Part shown: piece after piece, positions 33,515 through 42,968 of the stretch | Layout of the letters: the number at the start of each line of letters is the position of its first letter | Numbering within the stretch: the stretch's first letter is position 1 | From: an uncultured Phycisphaerales bacterium | GTDB lineage: Bacteria > Planctomycetota > Phycisphaerae > Tepidisphaerales > Tepidisphaeraceae | Length of the DNA stretch: 64,000 nt | NCBI GenBank assembly: GCA_963758525.1 | Contig: CAVWVQ010000003.1 | Span: 4,480,001-4,544,000, forward strand | Reading direction: 5' to 3' | Translations under genes and position numbers: made by a program | The notes under the pieces: generated by a model | Told to the model about the DNA's origin: nothing | Seen by the model: the letters and a program-made list of their open reading frames with translations, nothing else | Databases searched by the model: none

Positions 33515-35249
33515 TTACTGCTGCGGATCCTGATGCGCGACTGCAATGCCGGTGAAAAAATAACCGTGATCTTTCAGCTTCTTGCTCAGGTCATCCAATG
33601 GGACCGAAACCCCCGAGCAACTGTCGGCGGTTTCGGCGCCGGGTCGCGCGATCGTTCGCCGCCGTCAAGGAAACGCGCGTGGGCACCGGCCGCGTCGACC
33701 AGCACCGCGCCGGTTGGCGGCAGTTCCGCCAGGGAACGGCTCGCGAAGAAGCTCTGCAACTGCGACTTGAGCGCATCGACGTTTTGCGGGTTGTCCAAAT
33801 CGCGGCCCGCAACCATCAGCAGAAACTCCGTCCCGGCCGGACCAGTAAGTGCGGTCGTGCGCGCCTCGCCAGGGCTGATGACATGATCGAACTGGTCGGC
33901 GCCATGCACCTGCGAGTCGGGCACGCGGAAAACCTGTCCCGCGGAACCGACCCAGAAAACCACCGCCGGCGTATCGCGCGGCACAACCCCTTCGATCTTC
34001 AGTTTCTCCCCGGTGACCAGCGGCAGATGGCCGTCAAGGCTGCTCAGCCCATCTGGCGTGATGAGTAACTGCCCGGTCGCGGGAATCGGAGCCGGCTTGG
34101 GCCACAACCACGCGGTCGCGCTCACGACCGCGACCACGGCCGCCGCCGGGATCGCGCGCCGCAGCAGTCGGCGCCGCGCCGCCGCGTGATTTACCGACTC
34201 CAGGGCCTCGGCCATCTCCCTGGCGCCGGCGAATCGATCCTGCGGCATTGCCGCCATCGCTTTAAGGGCGATCTGCTTCAATCGCGGGGAGACTTCCGCC
34301 TTCTCCAGGATGCCGCGATCAAACTGGCAACTTGCAGCACGCGCCAGCAGCTCGTCCCGCGCCGCCCCGGCAAATGGAGGTGTCCCCGTAATCAGGAAAT
34401 AAAGGACCGCGCCAAGGGCAAAGACGTCGCTGAGGCCCGTGATTGCCGTGAACTCAGATCGGGCCTGCTCGGGAGACATGTACTGGATCGTGCCGCCCAG
34501 GGGCTGGCGCTGGCCGTCGGTCCAGGCGCCGTTCAGCCGGGCCATTCCGAAGTCGATCAGCTTCGGCTCTCCGTGTTCATCGATCACGATGTTCTGCGGC
34601 TTCACATCCTGGTGCACGATGCCGAACCGATGCGCCGCTTCCAGCGCCCGCGCCACCTTTGCAGTCAAAGCGGCGATCTCCGGCGAGGTGAGACGAATGC
34701 GATCGCGGACGTACTGATCCACGCCCGCCCCCGCACGTACTCCATGACCAGAAACGGTCGGCGTTCAAAAAAGTCCAGATCGTAGATCCGCCCGATGTTT
34801 GCATGCTTCAACTGGACCAGGATGCGTCCCTCGCCGATCAAACGATCGTTCTTGGCAAAATCCCCGTCAGCCGTTGTTCGTGAAGAGAGTTTCAGCACGA
34901 CTTGCTCGTCGAGCGTGGGATGGACGGCGCGGTAGACGCTCGCCTGGCCGCCGCTGCCCAGCGCGCCGATGACGAGATATTTGCCGATCTTCTCGGGAGT
35001 CGAAGAGGGAGGCGTCGCCGCCGGTGAATCTGAAGGGACCTGCGTGATCACTGGAGTTTCGGTTGGCAGGACGTGCCCGGGCTCGGCGGGTATGAATGCT
35101 TTCTGCAGTCCCCGCACTTCCAGCCGCAGCCCGCTGATTTTGCGGATGCAGCGCCCGCATTCGAGCAGATGTGATTCCAATTCAGCCGACGGCTCGTCGC
35201 CGGTGGCGACCGCCAGCAATTCCTCTTCGCTTGGACACACCGTGATCAT
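33515..35249 (-). CDS. Membrane Ser/Thr protein kinase with N-terminal ZAS-like HxxxCxxC motif and extracytoplasmic C-terminal domain; frameshifts at ~34725 and ~33640
   Basis: CPSEEEL...HLLECGRC; LGSGGQASVY, VVLK, HQDVKPQN, DFGMA, GTIQYMSPEQ and SDVFALG; TM AIPAAAVVAVVSATAWLW. The shifted frame ends ...LSKKLKDHGYFFTGIAVAHQDPQQ*. Confidence 0.9.
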
Positions 35250-35299
35250 GGCAGGATCGGTTTACAGCCCGTTCCAGAACCTTAAGGTATTTCGTTACC

Positions 35300-35408
35300 G
35301 TTTAGCCGCGCCGCGCAGCGAAGCGTCCAGCGGCACTTTCCGCGAGTTGGACGCAAGCCGTCAAATACGCGCTCTTGGACGCGCTTCGCTGCGCGGCGCG
35401 GCTAAACA
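35300..35408. repeat. GTTTAGCCGCGCCGCG REP-like inverted pair between sigma and kinase genes
   Basis: GTTTAGCCGCGCCGCGCAGCGAAGCG...CGCTTCGCTGCGCGGCGCGGCTAAAC; a single copy lies at ~29543-29580. Confidence 0.75.
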
Positions 35409-35425
35409 GGTTCTGAAACCGCCTC

Positions 35426-36025
35426 TTATGCCAGCTCTTCGTCGTGCCGTGCACACAACTCGCGGATCTTCTCAAGTACGCGGTGCGCATTAGTATAGAC
35501 CGCGTTCACGCTCAAGCCTAATTCCTCGGCCACCTCCGGCCCGGAACGGCCGCGCAGCGTGCGTTGCTCGAAGCAGGCCCACGTCTTAGGTTCGAACGAT
35601 TCCTGACTTTTTTTCATCGCAAACTGCATGATTTGTTCGTGATGCAGTTGCTCCCACTCCCGGCTCAGTTCCTCGGTGACTGACGGAACAATCGGCCCGG
35701 TGAAGTTGCTCTCCTGCCCAAACGCCGGCGGCTGGTTTTGCCGCCGTCGCGCCCAATCGCGGATGGCGTTGATCGTGACTTCAAACAGCCAGGTTCGAAA
35801 GCGGCCCCGCTGACGATCCAAGTCGAACTTTGCCATCGCCGGGCGAAGCTTGTTCAGAAAGATGTCCTGCACCAGGTCCTCGGCGTCGTGCTCGCGCACA
35901 TCATGTTTGCGGACATACCGGATCAGCAGCGGGTGGTAGATCTCGTAGAACTCACCCCAGCTTTGTTTGTCGTTGGGGTCGTGGAGGCCTCGAAGCAGCG
36001 ACGATCTGGTCTGGTCGGCGTCCAT
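35426..36025 (-). CDS. ECF sigma-70 factor of the planctomycete kinase-associated type (199 aa)
   Basis: TRSSLL...SWGEFYEIYHPLL, DAEDLVQDIF, RGRFRTWL and region 4 EVAEELGLSVNAVY; directly upstream of an STK gene. Confidence 0.92.
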   Translation of the reverse strand: MDADQTRSSLLRGLHDPNDKQSWGEFYEIYHPLLIRYVRKHDVREHDAEDLVQDIFLNKLRPAMAKFDLDRQRGRFRTWLFEVTINAIRDWARRRQNQPPAFGQESNFTGPIVPSVTEELSREWEQLHHEQIMQFAMKKSQESFEPKTWACFEQRTLRGRSGPEVAEELGLSVNAVYTNAHRVLEKIRELCARHDEELA

Positions 36026-36299
36026 TTTCGGTGCAAGTTTATCCCGTCCTCCGGTCGGCCGTCCATCAAATTGCGATTGTCCGCAAGGCGGGGGGGCCGT
36101 GGCGCTCTCGGCGAGCGGATTTCCCCCTCCCCTGGTACTCGGGGGGAGGGCTGGCGTGGGCGGTGGGGGCAGAGACTCAGAAATGTCCAAGGCCCAATGG
36201 CCAACAAAATCCCAAGCCGCAATGACCAAGGCGAATGAACCTTGGGCCTTGGGGTTTGGTGCGTTGTTAGCCATTGAAGCCTTAAAAATTCGCCGGCTC

Positions 36300-36325
36300 T
36301 GTAAGGGTTGTCGTGCCCTTGCGTA
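36300..36325 (+). promoter_or_regulatory. ECF-type promoter TGTAAGG-N15-CGTA (copy 3)
   Basis: TGTAAGG GTTGTCGTGCCCTTG CGTA. Confidence 0.65.
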
Positions 36326-36330
36326 CCACG

Positions 36331-36410
36331 GATGACGAGGCGAACGAGCCGCCAACGAATCAGAGTTCCGCCCCGGCATCCCTGCCCTACGTTGGGTGGG
36401 GATGCTTTTT
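36331..36410 (+). ncRNA. Candidate ~80-nt small RNA
   Basis: Starts just after promoter copy 3 and ends at the hairpin GCATCCC...GGGATGC followed by TTTTT. Confidence 0.4.
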
Positions 36411-36460
36411 GCGCATGTTTCACTCACCAGATCCAACGCCAGTTCAAAAGTTTCAAAGGC

Positions 36461-36545
36461 TGTAAGGATTCGCCTTCTCCCCCGTACCACCGGGCGAGAA
36501 GCAAACGCTTTTCACGCTAATCGGAACGGCGAACAGTTCCAAAAA
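36461..36545 (+). promoter_or_regulatory. ECF-type promoter plus conserved two-hairpin leader (copy 4)
   Basis: TGTAAGG ATTCGCCTTCTCCCC CGTA CCACCGGGCGAGAAGCAAACGCTTTTCAC...GGAACGGCGAACAGTTCC. Confidence 0.7.
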
Positions 36546-36585
36546 ACACGGGTTACTACAACCCAGCATCGTGAAGGAGTCCATC

Positions 36586-37176
36586 ATGTTTACTTTCCTC
36601 AATTGTCGTGCGACCAAAGCCATTTCCGCCGCCGTCGTCTCTTTGAACTTCGGCCTCGGGTTGGCCAGCCCGAGCTTCGGGCATGCGGTGCAATCGGCTA
36701 ACGTCGATTTTGGTCAGCCAGGGCCGGACCAGACCGGCGAGCTGACTGCCGAGACTCTCGGCGGGATGCTCCAGAGCATGCACCTTTCTATCAACCAGGT
36801 GAATGACAACGGCCAGATCTACTATCAGGTGAATATTCCCGCGCTCAAGGGAAACCCGGCCGTCGCGTTCTTCGTGGCGGTCTCCCCCAACAAGAAGTAC
36901 GTCAACATCTGGTACACCGTGGCACAGTTGGGCCAGCAGAACTCTCCGCCTGCACCGGTGCTGCTCGCGATGCTCCAGTCCAACGACAAGACGCTGCCAT
37001 CGTATCTCGGCATCGAAGGCAACTACATCGTGCTTCGCGACAACCTCGACAACAGCGGCGTCACCGCGGCCGAGCTGATGGAGCAGTTGAAGCTGTTCTA
37101 CACCGCGATCCAGCAGACCCGGCCCATCTGCGTCGCCCCCGTCGAAACCCCCGCGCCCTCCAACCCGTTCGAATGA
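36586..37176 (+). CDS. Secreted protein with a YbjN / T3SS-chaperone-like domain; signal peptide homologous to peptides 1 and 2
   Basis: RBS AAGGAG; MFTFLNCRATKAISAAVVSLNFGLGL; LLAMLQSND...YLGIEGNYIVLRDNLDNSGVTAAELMEQL resembles the YbjN fold. The fold call is tentative. Confidence 0.65.
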   Translation: MFTFLNCRATKAISAAVVSLNFGLGLASPSFGHAVQSANVDFGQPGPDQTGELTAETLGGMLQSMHLSINQVNDNGQIYYQVNIPALKGNPAVAFFVAVSPNKKYVNIWYTVAQLGQQNSPPAPVLLAMLQSNDKTLPSYLGIEGNYIVLRDNLDNSGVTAAELMEQLKLFYTAIQQTRPICVAPVETPAPSNPFE

Positions 37177-37216
37177 ACCTCGAACGTGATCGGCACGAGC
37201 GTGTGGTCAATCAGAA

Positions 37217-37251
37217 TCCCCGCCCGGAACATCGGGCGGGGATGTTCTTTC
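37217..37251 (+). terminator. Hairpin terminator
   Basis: TCCCCGCCCG-GAACAT-CGGGCGGGGA followed by TGTTCTTT. Confidence 0.6.
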
Positions 37252-37542
37252 TCAGTCCACCGCGTCCGGCCGGCAAGCAACGGATCACCTCAACTTCGCT
37301 CACGCCAGGTTCGCGGGCCACTCGACCGGTCAACTTCCGGCGATTGAGTTCGGGAGTCTTGCGGATCACTTCGATGGTTTCCTCTTGAGCGGCTTGCGAC
37401 GCGAACTCCAGCTTACGTTGTAACGCGCGAGGAGGCGCGTGGACGTCCCGAACGCCGAGGGTGCTTGCACCCTCGGTCTGCAAGCGAGACGGCTATTAAT
37501 AAAGGATTCGGAGGGATGGCGCACGCATCGGGATGCGGTATT

Positions 37543-37682
37543 CGGCGAGAGGGCGGGGGTGAGGGCGATTTCGAGCGGAAAAAGTCGCTGGGATGCTCGA
37601 AGGACGTTCACGCGGATACGAAAGAGTTTCCTACGTTCGAAATCACCCTCACCCCCTCTCCCGGAGATACCGGGAGAGGGGG
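37543..37682. repeat. Inverted pair of CCCTCACCCC REP-like repeats
   Basis: GAGAGGGCGGGGGTGAGGGCGATTTCGA...TCGAAATCACCCTCACCCCCTCTCCCGGAGATACCGGGAGAGGG. Confidence 0.7.
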
Positions 37683-37803
37683 TAGCGCGAAGAGACGGTC
37701 GTGCACCCCGGTGTGTTTGCCCGTTTGCAACGCTGGCGCGCGACGATAAGCTGTCGCGGACAGAAACGGTTTCGCGCTTCCCTTTGCGGCTGGAAGATCC
37801 GGT

Positions 37804-38619
37804 TTGATTGCGGAGGTCGCAGGTGTCGCCCGCTTGGATCGCCGCTTGTATCAGGCAGACCATTACATCTCCCTCCGTCAGATTCGAATGGTCTACGGGA
37901 GCCGGCGCGTCTTTGATTCGCTCTCGTGCAACTTTCCGCGCGGGAAAATCTCGGTCATTCTCGGCGGAAGCGGGCTTGGCAAGAGCACGATTCTTCGACT
38001 CATCGGCGGGCTGATTCGGCCGCAGGCGGGGGAAGTGATCGTTGACGGGCAGGATATCACCCGCCTTTCGCAGCGCGGGTTGAATGTGGTGCGTCGCAAG
38101 ATGGGAATGATGTTTCAGGAAGGCGCTCTCCTCGATTCGTATTCGGTGTTTGAAAATGTGGCGTTGCCGCTGCGCGAGCACCGGCGGCATAGCGAGCAGG
38201 ATATCGCCGGCGCGGTGCATGGCATTCTCAATGCGGTCGGCGTCGACGACGCGGATCACCTGCGGCCGCGGGAGCTTTCGGGCGGCATGCTGCGCCGGGT
38301 GGCGCTGGCGCGTGCCATCGTTGGCAAGCCGGGCGTGTTGCTCTGCGATGAGCCATTTTCAGGGTTGGATCCGCCGTCCATTCGACGGATGGAGGCGCTG
38401 CTGGTAAAGATCAACCAGCGGTTCGGAATGACGATGATCGTTGTGTCCCACGACATTCACTCGACGCTGCGGATGGCAGACCATATTTTGCTGATTCTCG
38501 AAGGCCGGGTTCTGGAAGGATCGCCGGCGGAGCTGTTGCGGACCGACGCGCCCGAGGCGCTGGAGTTTCTTCAAGAGGGGATCGAAAGCCTGCAAGGGAC
38601 AAAAATCGCTCATGGCTAA
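37804..38619 (+). CDS. mlaF: Mla/Mce ABC ATP-binding protein
   Basis: GGSGLGKST, MFQEGALLDS, LSGGMLRRVALARA, CDEPFSGLDP; start uncertain. Confidence 0.88.
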   Translation: MIAEVAGVARLDRRLYQADHYISLRQIRMVYGSRRVFDSLSCNFPRGKISVILGGSGLGKSTILRLIGGLIRPQAGEVIVDGQDITRLSQRGLNVVRRKMGMMFQEGALLDSYSVFENVALPLREHRRHSEQDIAGAVHGILNAVGVDDADHLRPRELSGGMLRRVALARAIVGKPGVLLCDEPFSGLDPPSIRRMEALLVKINQRFGMTMIVVSHDIHSTLRMADHILLILEGRVLEGSPAELLRTDAPEALEFLQEGIESLQGTKIAHG

Positions 38620-39388
38620 CCCTGTTTCAATGGTGGGCTTCCGGGCGGTCCGGCTCGTCGAGGAGCTGGGCGAGATGGCGGCATTTGCCGTCGATCTGGC
38701 GCGCACGGCGGTGATGCCACCGCTGCGAATCGAGGCGCTTGCGCGTGAGCTGTACAAGCTGGGCGTGCGGTCGCTGTTCATCATTTGCGTTTGCGGGCTT
38801 GCGGTGGGAATGGTTCTGGGCTTGCAGGGGCATCACACGCTGACGCGGTTCGGAGCGCAGCGGTCGCTGGGAGAGGTGGTGGGCCTGAGCCTGATCCGCG
38901 AGCTGGGGCCGGTGCTCACCGCGCTGCTGTTCGCAGGCCGGGCCGGCTCGGCGACGACCGCGGAGATTGGCACGATGGTGGCGACGGAACAATTGGATGG
39001 CTTGCGAATGTTGTCGATCGATCCGATCAGTCTGATCGTCAAGCCCAAGGCGGCGGCGATGCTGATCTCGATGCCGCTGCTGACGGCACTCTTTATCGTA
39101 TGCGGGATCTATGGAGGATATCTGGTGGGCGTGGGCACCTTCGGCGGCGATCCGGGCAGCTATATGTCGAGCCTGCGATGGGCGGTGGATTTTCGTCACG
39201 ATATTGCGTGCAGCATCGTCAAGAGCGGCATTTTTGGCCTGTTGCTCGGACTGATTGCGACGTTTCGAGGATATACCAGCGCTCCCACCGCCGAAGGCGT
39301 GAGCGCGGCAACCACGTCGAGCGTGGTCATCAGCTCGGTCACGGTTCTGCTGACCGATTACATCATTACCGCAGCCTGGGGAATTTGA
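38612..39388 (+). CDS. mlaE: Mla ABC permease
   Basis: LIRELGPVLTALLFAGRAGSATTAEIGTMVATEQLDGL. Confidence 0.92.
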   Translation: MANPVSMVGFRAVRLVEELGEMAAFAVDLARTAVMPPLRIEALARELYKLGVRSLFIICVCGLAVGMVLGLQGHHTLTRFGAQRSLGEVVGLSLIRELGPVLTALLFAGRAGSATTAEIGTMVATEQLDGLRMLSIDPISLIVKPKAAAMLISMPLLTALFIVCGIYGGYLVGVGTFGGDPGSYMSSLRWAVDFRHDIACSIVKSGIFGLLLGLIATFRGYTSAPTAEGVSAATTSSVVISSVTVLLTDYIITAAWGI

Positions 39389-39391
39389 ATT

Positions 39392-39898
39392 ATGGATCGT
39401 TCTCCGACGCGGGACTTTGTCATCGGTCTGTTCGTGCTTGCCGGCCTGTGCGCGATCGCGTATCTGTCGGTCAGCATCGGCGGGTTCAATTGGCGCCAGC
39501 CCAATTGGCTGAAGGTTTCTGCCGCCTTTGATGAGACGGGCGGATTAACCAAGGGCGCGCCGGTGGTGATTGGGGGAGTGCGCGTGGGGGAAGTTTCGGC
39601 AATCTCGCTGCAGGATGATTTCCGGGCGAAAGTGGAGATGGATCTGAACGCGACGCTCAAATTGCCGACCGATACTTCCGCATCGATTGTCACGGCTGGC
39701 GTGCTGGGCGACCGGTATATCGAATTGCAGCCCGGCGGCGACGAGAAGCTGCTCAAAAACGGAGATCAGATTACGTTCACGGAATCGGCGGTGCTGCTGG
39801 AGCGTCTGATCGGGCAGTTGGTGTACGGCAGGACCAAAGCTCAGCCGGCGGATAAAAGTTCCAGTTCGGCCACGACTTTGCCCGACAAGGCTCCATAA
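39392..39898 (+). CDS. mlaD: MCE-domain protein
   Basis: GGLTKGAPVVIGGVRVGEV, ASIVTAGVLGDRYIELQPGG. Confidence 0.92.
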   Translation: MDRSPTRDFVIGLFVLAGLCAIAYLSVSIGGFNWRQPNWLKVSAAFDETGGLTKGAPVVIGGVRVGEVSAISLQDDFRAKVEMDLNATLKLPTDTSASIVTAGVLGDRYIELQPGGDEKLLKNGDQITFTESAVLLERLIGQLVYGRTKAQPADKSSSSATTLPDKAP

Positions 39899-39929
39899 AG
39901 TCCCGAGTTGGACACCAACGGGAACGACT

Positions 39930-40565
39930 ATGAACCGAATCGCGCTCACACTGGTATTGACGAGTTTGACCTTGACGTTTTGGGGCGCTCCCATGGCACG
40001 CGCCGCGGATGAGCCGGGCGCCGCGCAGACGCCGCGCGCGGTGATGGAAAAAGTGATTCACGACGCGCTGGCGATCCTGCGAGATCAATCGCTGTCTGCC
40101 GAGCAGAAGCGCACGAAGGTCCAGCAGATTGCGTACGACAACATGAATTTTGAAGTGATGGGGCGGCTGAGTCTCGGGAGATTCTATCGCGGGCTGAGCG
40201 ACGCGCAGCGGACGCAATATCAGAAGGAATACAAGCAGCTCCTGACCAACACCTACGGCCATACCACTGATGATTACACCGATGAGGACGTGAAAGTCAC
40301 CGGGGAGCAGCCCGAGTCGGACGGCGACGTGACGGTGGCGACCCATATCACCGGCACCAAAAACGGCAAGTCGGGCCAGGATGTTGCAACCGTGAATTAC
40401 CGGCTGCGCAAGCAGGACAGCCAGTGGAAAGTGATCGACTTCACCATCGATGGGGTCAGCATCGTGCAGAATTACCGCTCGCAGTTTCAGGATATCATGA
40501 CCAACGGGGGGATCGACCAACTTCTCAAGATGCTGCATGACAAGAATGCGGCCAACGGGAAATAA
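39930..40565 (+). CDS. mlaC: Periplasmic phospholipid-binding protein (Ttg2D family)
   Basis: Signal peptide; WKVIDFTIDGVSIVQNYRSQF...GGIDQLL. Confidence 0.9.
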   Translation: MNRIALTLVLTSLTLTFWGAPMARAADEPGAAQTPRAVMEKVIHDALAILRDQSLSAEQKRTKVQQIAYDNMNFEVMGRLSLGRFYRGLSDAQRTQYQKEYKQLLTNTYGHTTDDYTDEDVKVTGEQPESDGDVTVATHITGTKNGKSGQDVATVNYRLRKQDSQWKVIDFTIDGVSIVQNYRSQFQDIMTNGGIDQLLKMLHDKNAANGK

Positions 40566-40605
40566 TTCTGATCGACACATTGGGAATCGGGCAGGAAGGT
40601 TTCGA

Positions 40606-41382
40606 ATGTTGATTCCAGCGGGTTGGCGGACAAGGGCGGTCGTACTGTTGATCCTGGCGGCAGGTCTGTCGGGCGGATGCGCCAACGGACCCAATCCCGC
40701 CGACCCGTGGGAAAAGACCAATCGAAGCATCTACAACTTGAACGAGGGGATCGACCGCGTGGCCCTCAAACCGCTGGCCGACGGATACACGAAGGTCATT
40801 CCCAAGCCGATTCGCACCGGCATCGGCAACGGCTTCGACAACCTGATTTATTTCAATGTCGTCTTTAACGACCTGCTCCAGGCGAAATGGAACCAGGGAC
40901 TTGGCGATGCCGGGCGCATGGCCGTGAACAGCACGATCGGCATCGCCGGCATTTTCGACGTCGCAACTCCCTGGTCGTTACCCGCGCACGACAATGACTT
41001 CGGCATCACCCTGCGCAAGTGGGGGGTCAAACCGGGGCCGTATCTGGTGTTGCCGTTGCTCGGCCCCTCCACCCTCACGGATGCGCCGGGGGTCGGAGTG
41101 AAGTACCTGGCGACGCCTACGACATGGCTCGATCTGCCGCTGCTGATCACCGTCCCGCTCTACGTTACCGACACGGTGGACCTGCGCTCGCGGTTCGACA
41201 CCGTCGTGCGCTTCCGAAACGATACGGCGATCGACCCATACGTCTTCACGCGCGAGGCATATCTCCAATACCGTCAGGCGAAGGTCCAGGAAGGCAAGCC
41301 TGCGACGGGACCGAGCATTTACGATGAAGACGCCGATACCGCGCCAGTTGCGACGCAACCGGCAGCGGCGCCCGACAAATAG
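40606..41382 (+). CDS. mlaA: VacJ/MlaA lipoprotein
   Basis: Lipobox LSGGC, DPWEKTNR, NSTIGIAGIFDVA, GPYLVLPLLGPST, DPYVFTREAY. Confidence 0.92.
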   Translation: MLIPAGWRTRAVVLLILAAGLSGGCANGPNPADPWEKTNRSIYNLNEGIDRVALKPLADGYTKVIPKPIRTGIGNGFDNLIYFNVVFNDLLQAKWNQGLGDAGRMAVNSTIGIAGIFDVATPWSLPAHDNDFGITLRKWGVKPGPYLVLPLLGPSTLTDAPGVGVKYLATPTTWLDLPLLITVPLYVTDTVDLRSRFDTVVRFRNDTAIDPYVFTREAYLQYRQAKVQEGKPATGPSIYDEDADTAPVATQPAAAPDK

Positions 41383-41474
41383 TCGTCGGTTAATGCAGCA
41401 GTCGGCATGTGCATCACCAGGGCGGCGGCTCGTACATGCTGTCGACCCGACTTGCCGCTTGCTATACTCCCGAC

Positions 41475-41696
41475 ATGCGGAAGATCATCATCGATCCTGA
41501 CATCTGCAACGGCCAGCCGGTCATCGAAGGTACGCGCATCACCGCCAGCACCGTGCTGGAGTTTCTTTCCGCCGGCGACAGCATCAATGACGTGCTCGCG
41601 GGCTATCCAACGCTCACGCGCGACGACGTGCTCGCATGCCTGGCCTATTCCGCGCGGTTGCTCAAGCATCATTTCGAGGTGGGAGCCGTTGCGTGA
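41475..41696 (+). CDS. DUF433 antitoxin
   Basis: IIIDPDICNGQPVIEGTRIT...YPTLTRDDVLACLAY. Confidence 0.9.
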   Translation: MRKIIIDPDICNGQPVIEGTRITASTVLEFLSAGDSINDVLAGYPTLTRDDVLACLAYSARLLKHHFEVGAVA

Positions 41697-42037
41697 AGGG
41701 CTTCCTCTTCGACGAAAACGTCCCGATACCGCTGTGTTTCGTTCCGTCCCTGCCCGTCACTCACGCCACGTCACTTGGCCCCAGTCCTTCGGACCGTGAA
41801 TTGTGGACCTATGCCGCGCAACGCGCGCTCGTGATCGTCAGCAAGGACACCGACTTCGCCGACCGCGTCATGGACTCAACTTCGCCCCCATGGGTCGTCC
41901 ATTTGCGTTTTGGCAATGTCCGAAGAGCGGCGTTCGAGACGCTTCGTGCCAACGCGTGGCCACGTGTCGAGTCGCTGCTGCCGCTGCATAAACTCATCCG
42001 GATCTTCGCCGATCGAATCGAGTCGGTTCGCGATTGA
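41693..42037 (+). CDS. DUF5615 PIN-like toxin
   Basis: GTG start overlapping the antitoxin stop; FLFDENVP, SDRELW, VSKDTDF, LRFGN. Confidence 0.88.
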   Translation: MKGFLFDENVPIPLCFVPSLPVTHATSLGPSPSDRELWTYAAQRALVIVSKDTDFADRVMDSTSPPWVVHLRFGNVRRAAFETLRANAWPRVESLLPLHKLIRIFADRIESVRD

Positions 42038-42058
42038 TAAGGAGACAGGAGCACACCC

Positions 42059-42831
42059 ATGAACTTCACAGGCAACACGATCCTGATCACCGGCGGCGGT
42101 TCCGGCATCGGCCGCGGACTGGCCGAGGCGTTTCAACGGGCGGGCAATCAAGTGGTGATCGCCGGGCGGCGGCGGGGGCGCTCGAAGAGGTCACCTCCGC
42201 CAACCCCGGCATGAAGGCCTTCACACTGGACATCGCAGATCCCGCAAGCATTGAAGCCGCGGGAAGACAACTGGCAAGCGACCTGCCGACGCTCAACGTC
42301 GTGATTCACAACGCCGGCATCATGCGCCCGGAGAATCTCCTGGCCCCGTCGCCCGGACTTTCCGACGCCGAGGCGATGATCGCCACCAATCTGCTGGGAC
42401 CCATGCGCCTGACCGCCGCCTTGCTTCCGCTCCTGCGAAAGCAGCCGCGCTCCACGATTATGACCGTCTCCTCCGGACTGGCGTTTCTTCCGCTGGCGAT
42501 GACACCCACGTATTGCGCGACCAAAGCCGCGATTCATTCGTGGACCTTGTCGCTCCGCTGGCAATTGAGGGAAACGACAACAGAGGTCATCGAACTGATT
42601 CCTCCTTACGTCCAGACGCATCTGATGGGCCCGCACCAGGCAGAGGATCCCCGGGCGATGCCTCTTGACGACTTTCTGAACGAGGTCATGCACATCCTCC
42701 AGACGCAGCCGGCCGTCACCGAGATTTGCGTCCAGCGCGTCATGCCTCTTCGTTTCGCAGCCGAAACTGGCAAGTTCGACGCGACGTTCCAGGGCTTGAA
42801 TCAGGCGATGCCAGCGACGAGTTCCGAATAA
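42059..42831 (+). CDS. SDR oxidoreductase (DltE-like); frameshift at ~42170
   Basis: [18 protein letters not shown] in one frame; NAGI, SSGLAF and YCATK in the next. Confidence 0.85.
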
Positions 42832-42968
42832 TGAGATTGGAATCAAAACGCCGAAAGAGCTAGAATCGAAACTCAAGATCAAATTGAGACGGTCATCGCG
42901 CGGTCAACGATTGCAGCATATCGTAAGCGTTCTGATGAGCCGGTCATTTTGCAATCGGCGGAGGAGCC

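Noticed and set aside
36026..36490. N-terminal extension of the ECF sigma (354-aa ORF)
   Set aside because: The extension translates REP repeats and the divergent promoters; sigma homology begins at MDADQTRSSLL (36025).
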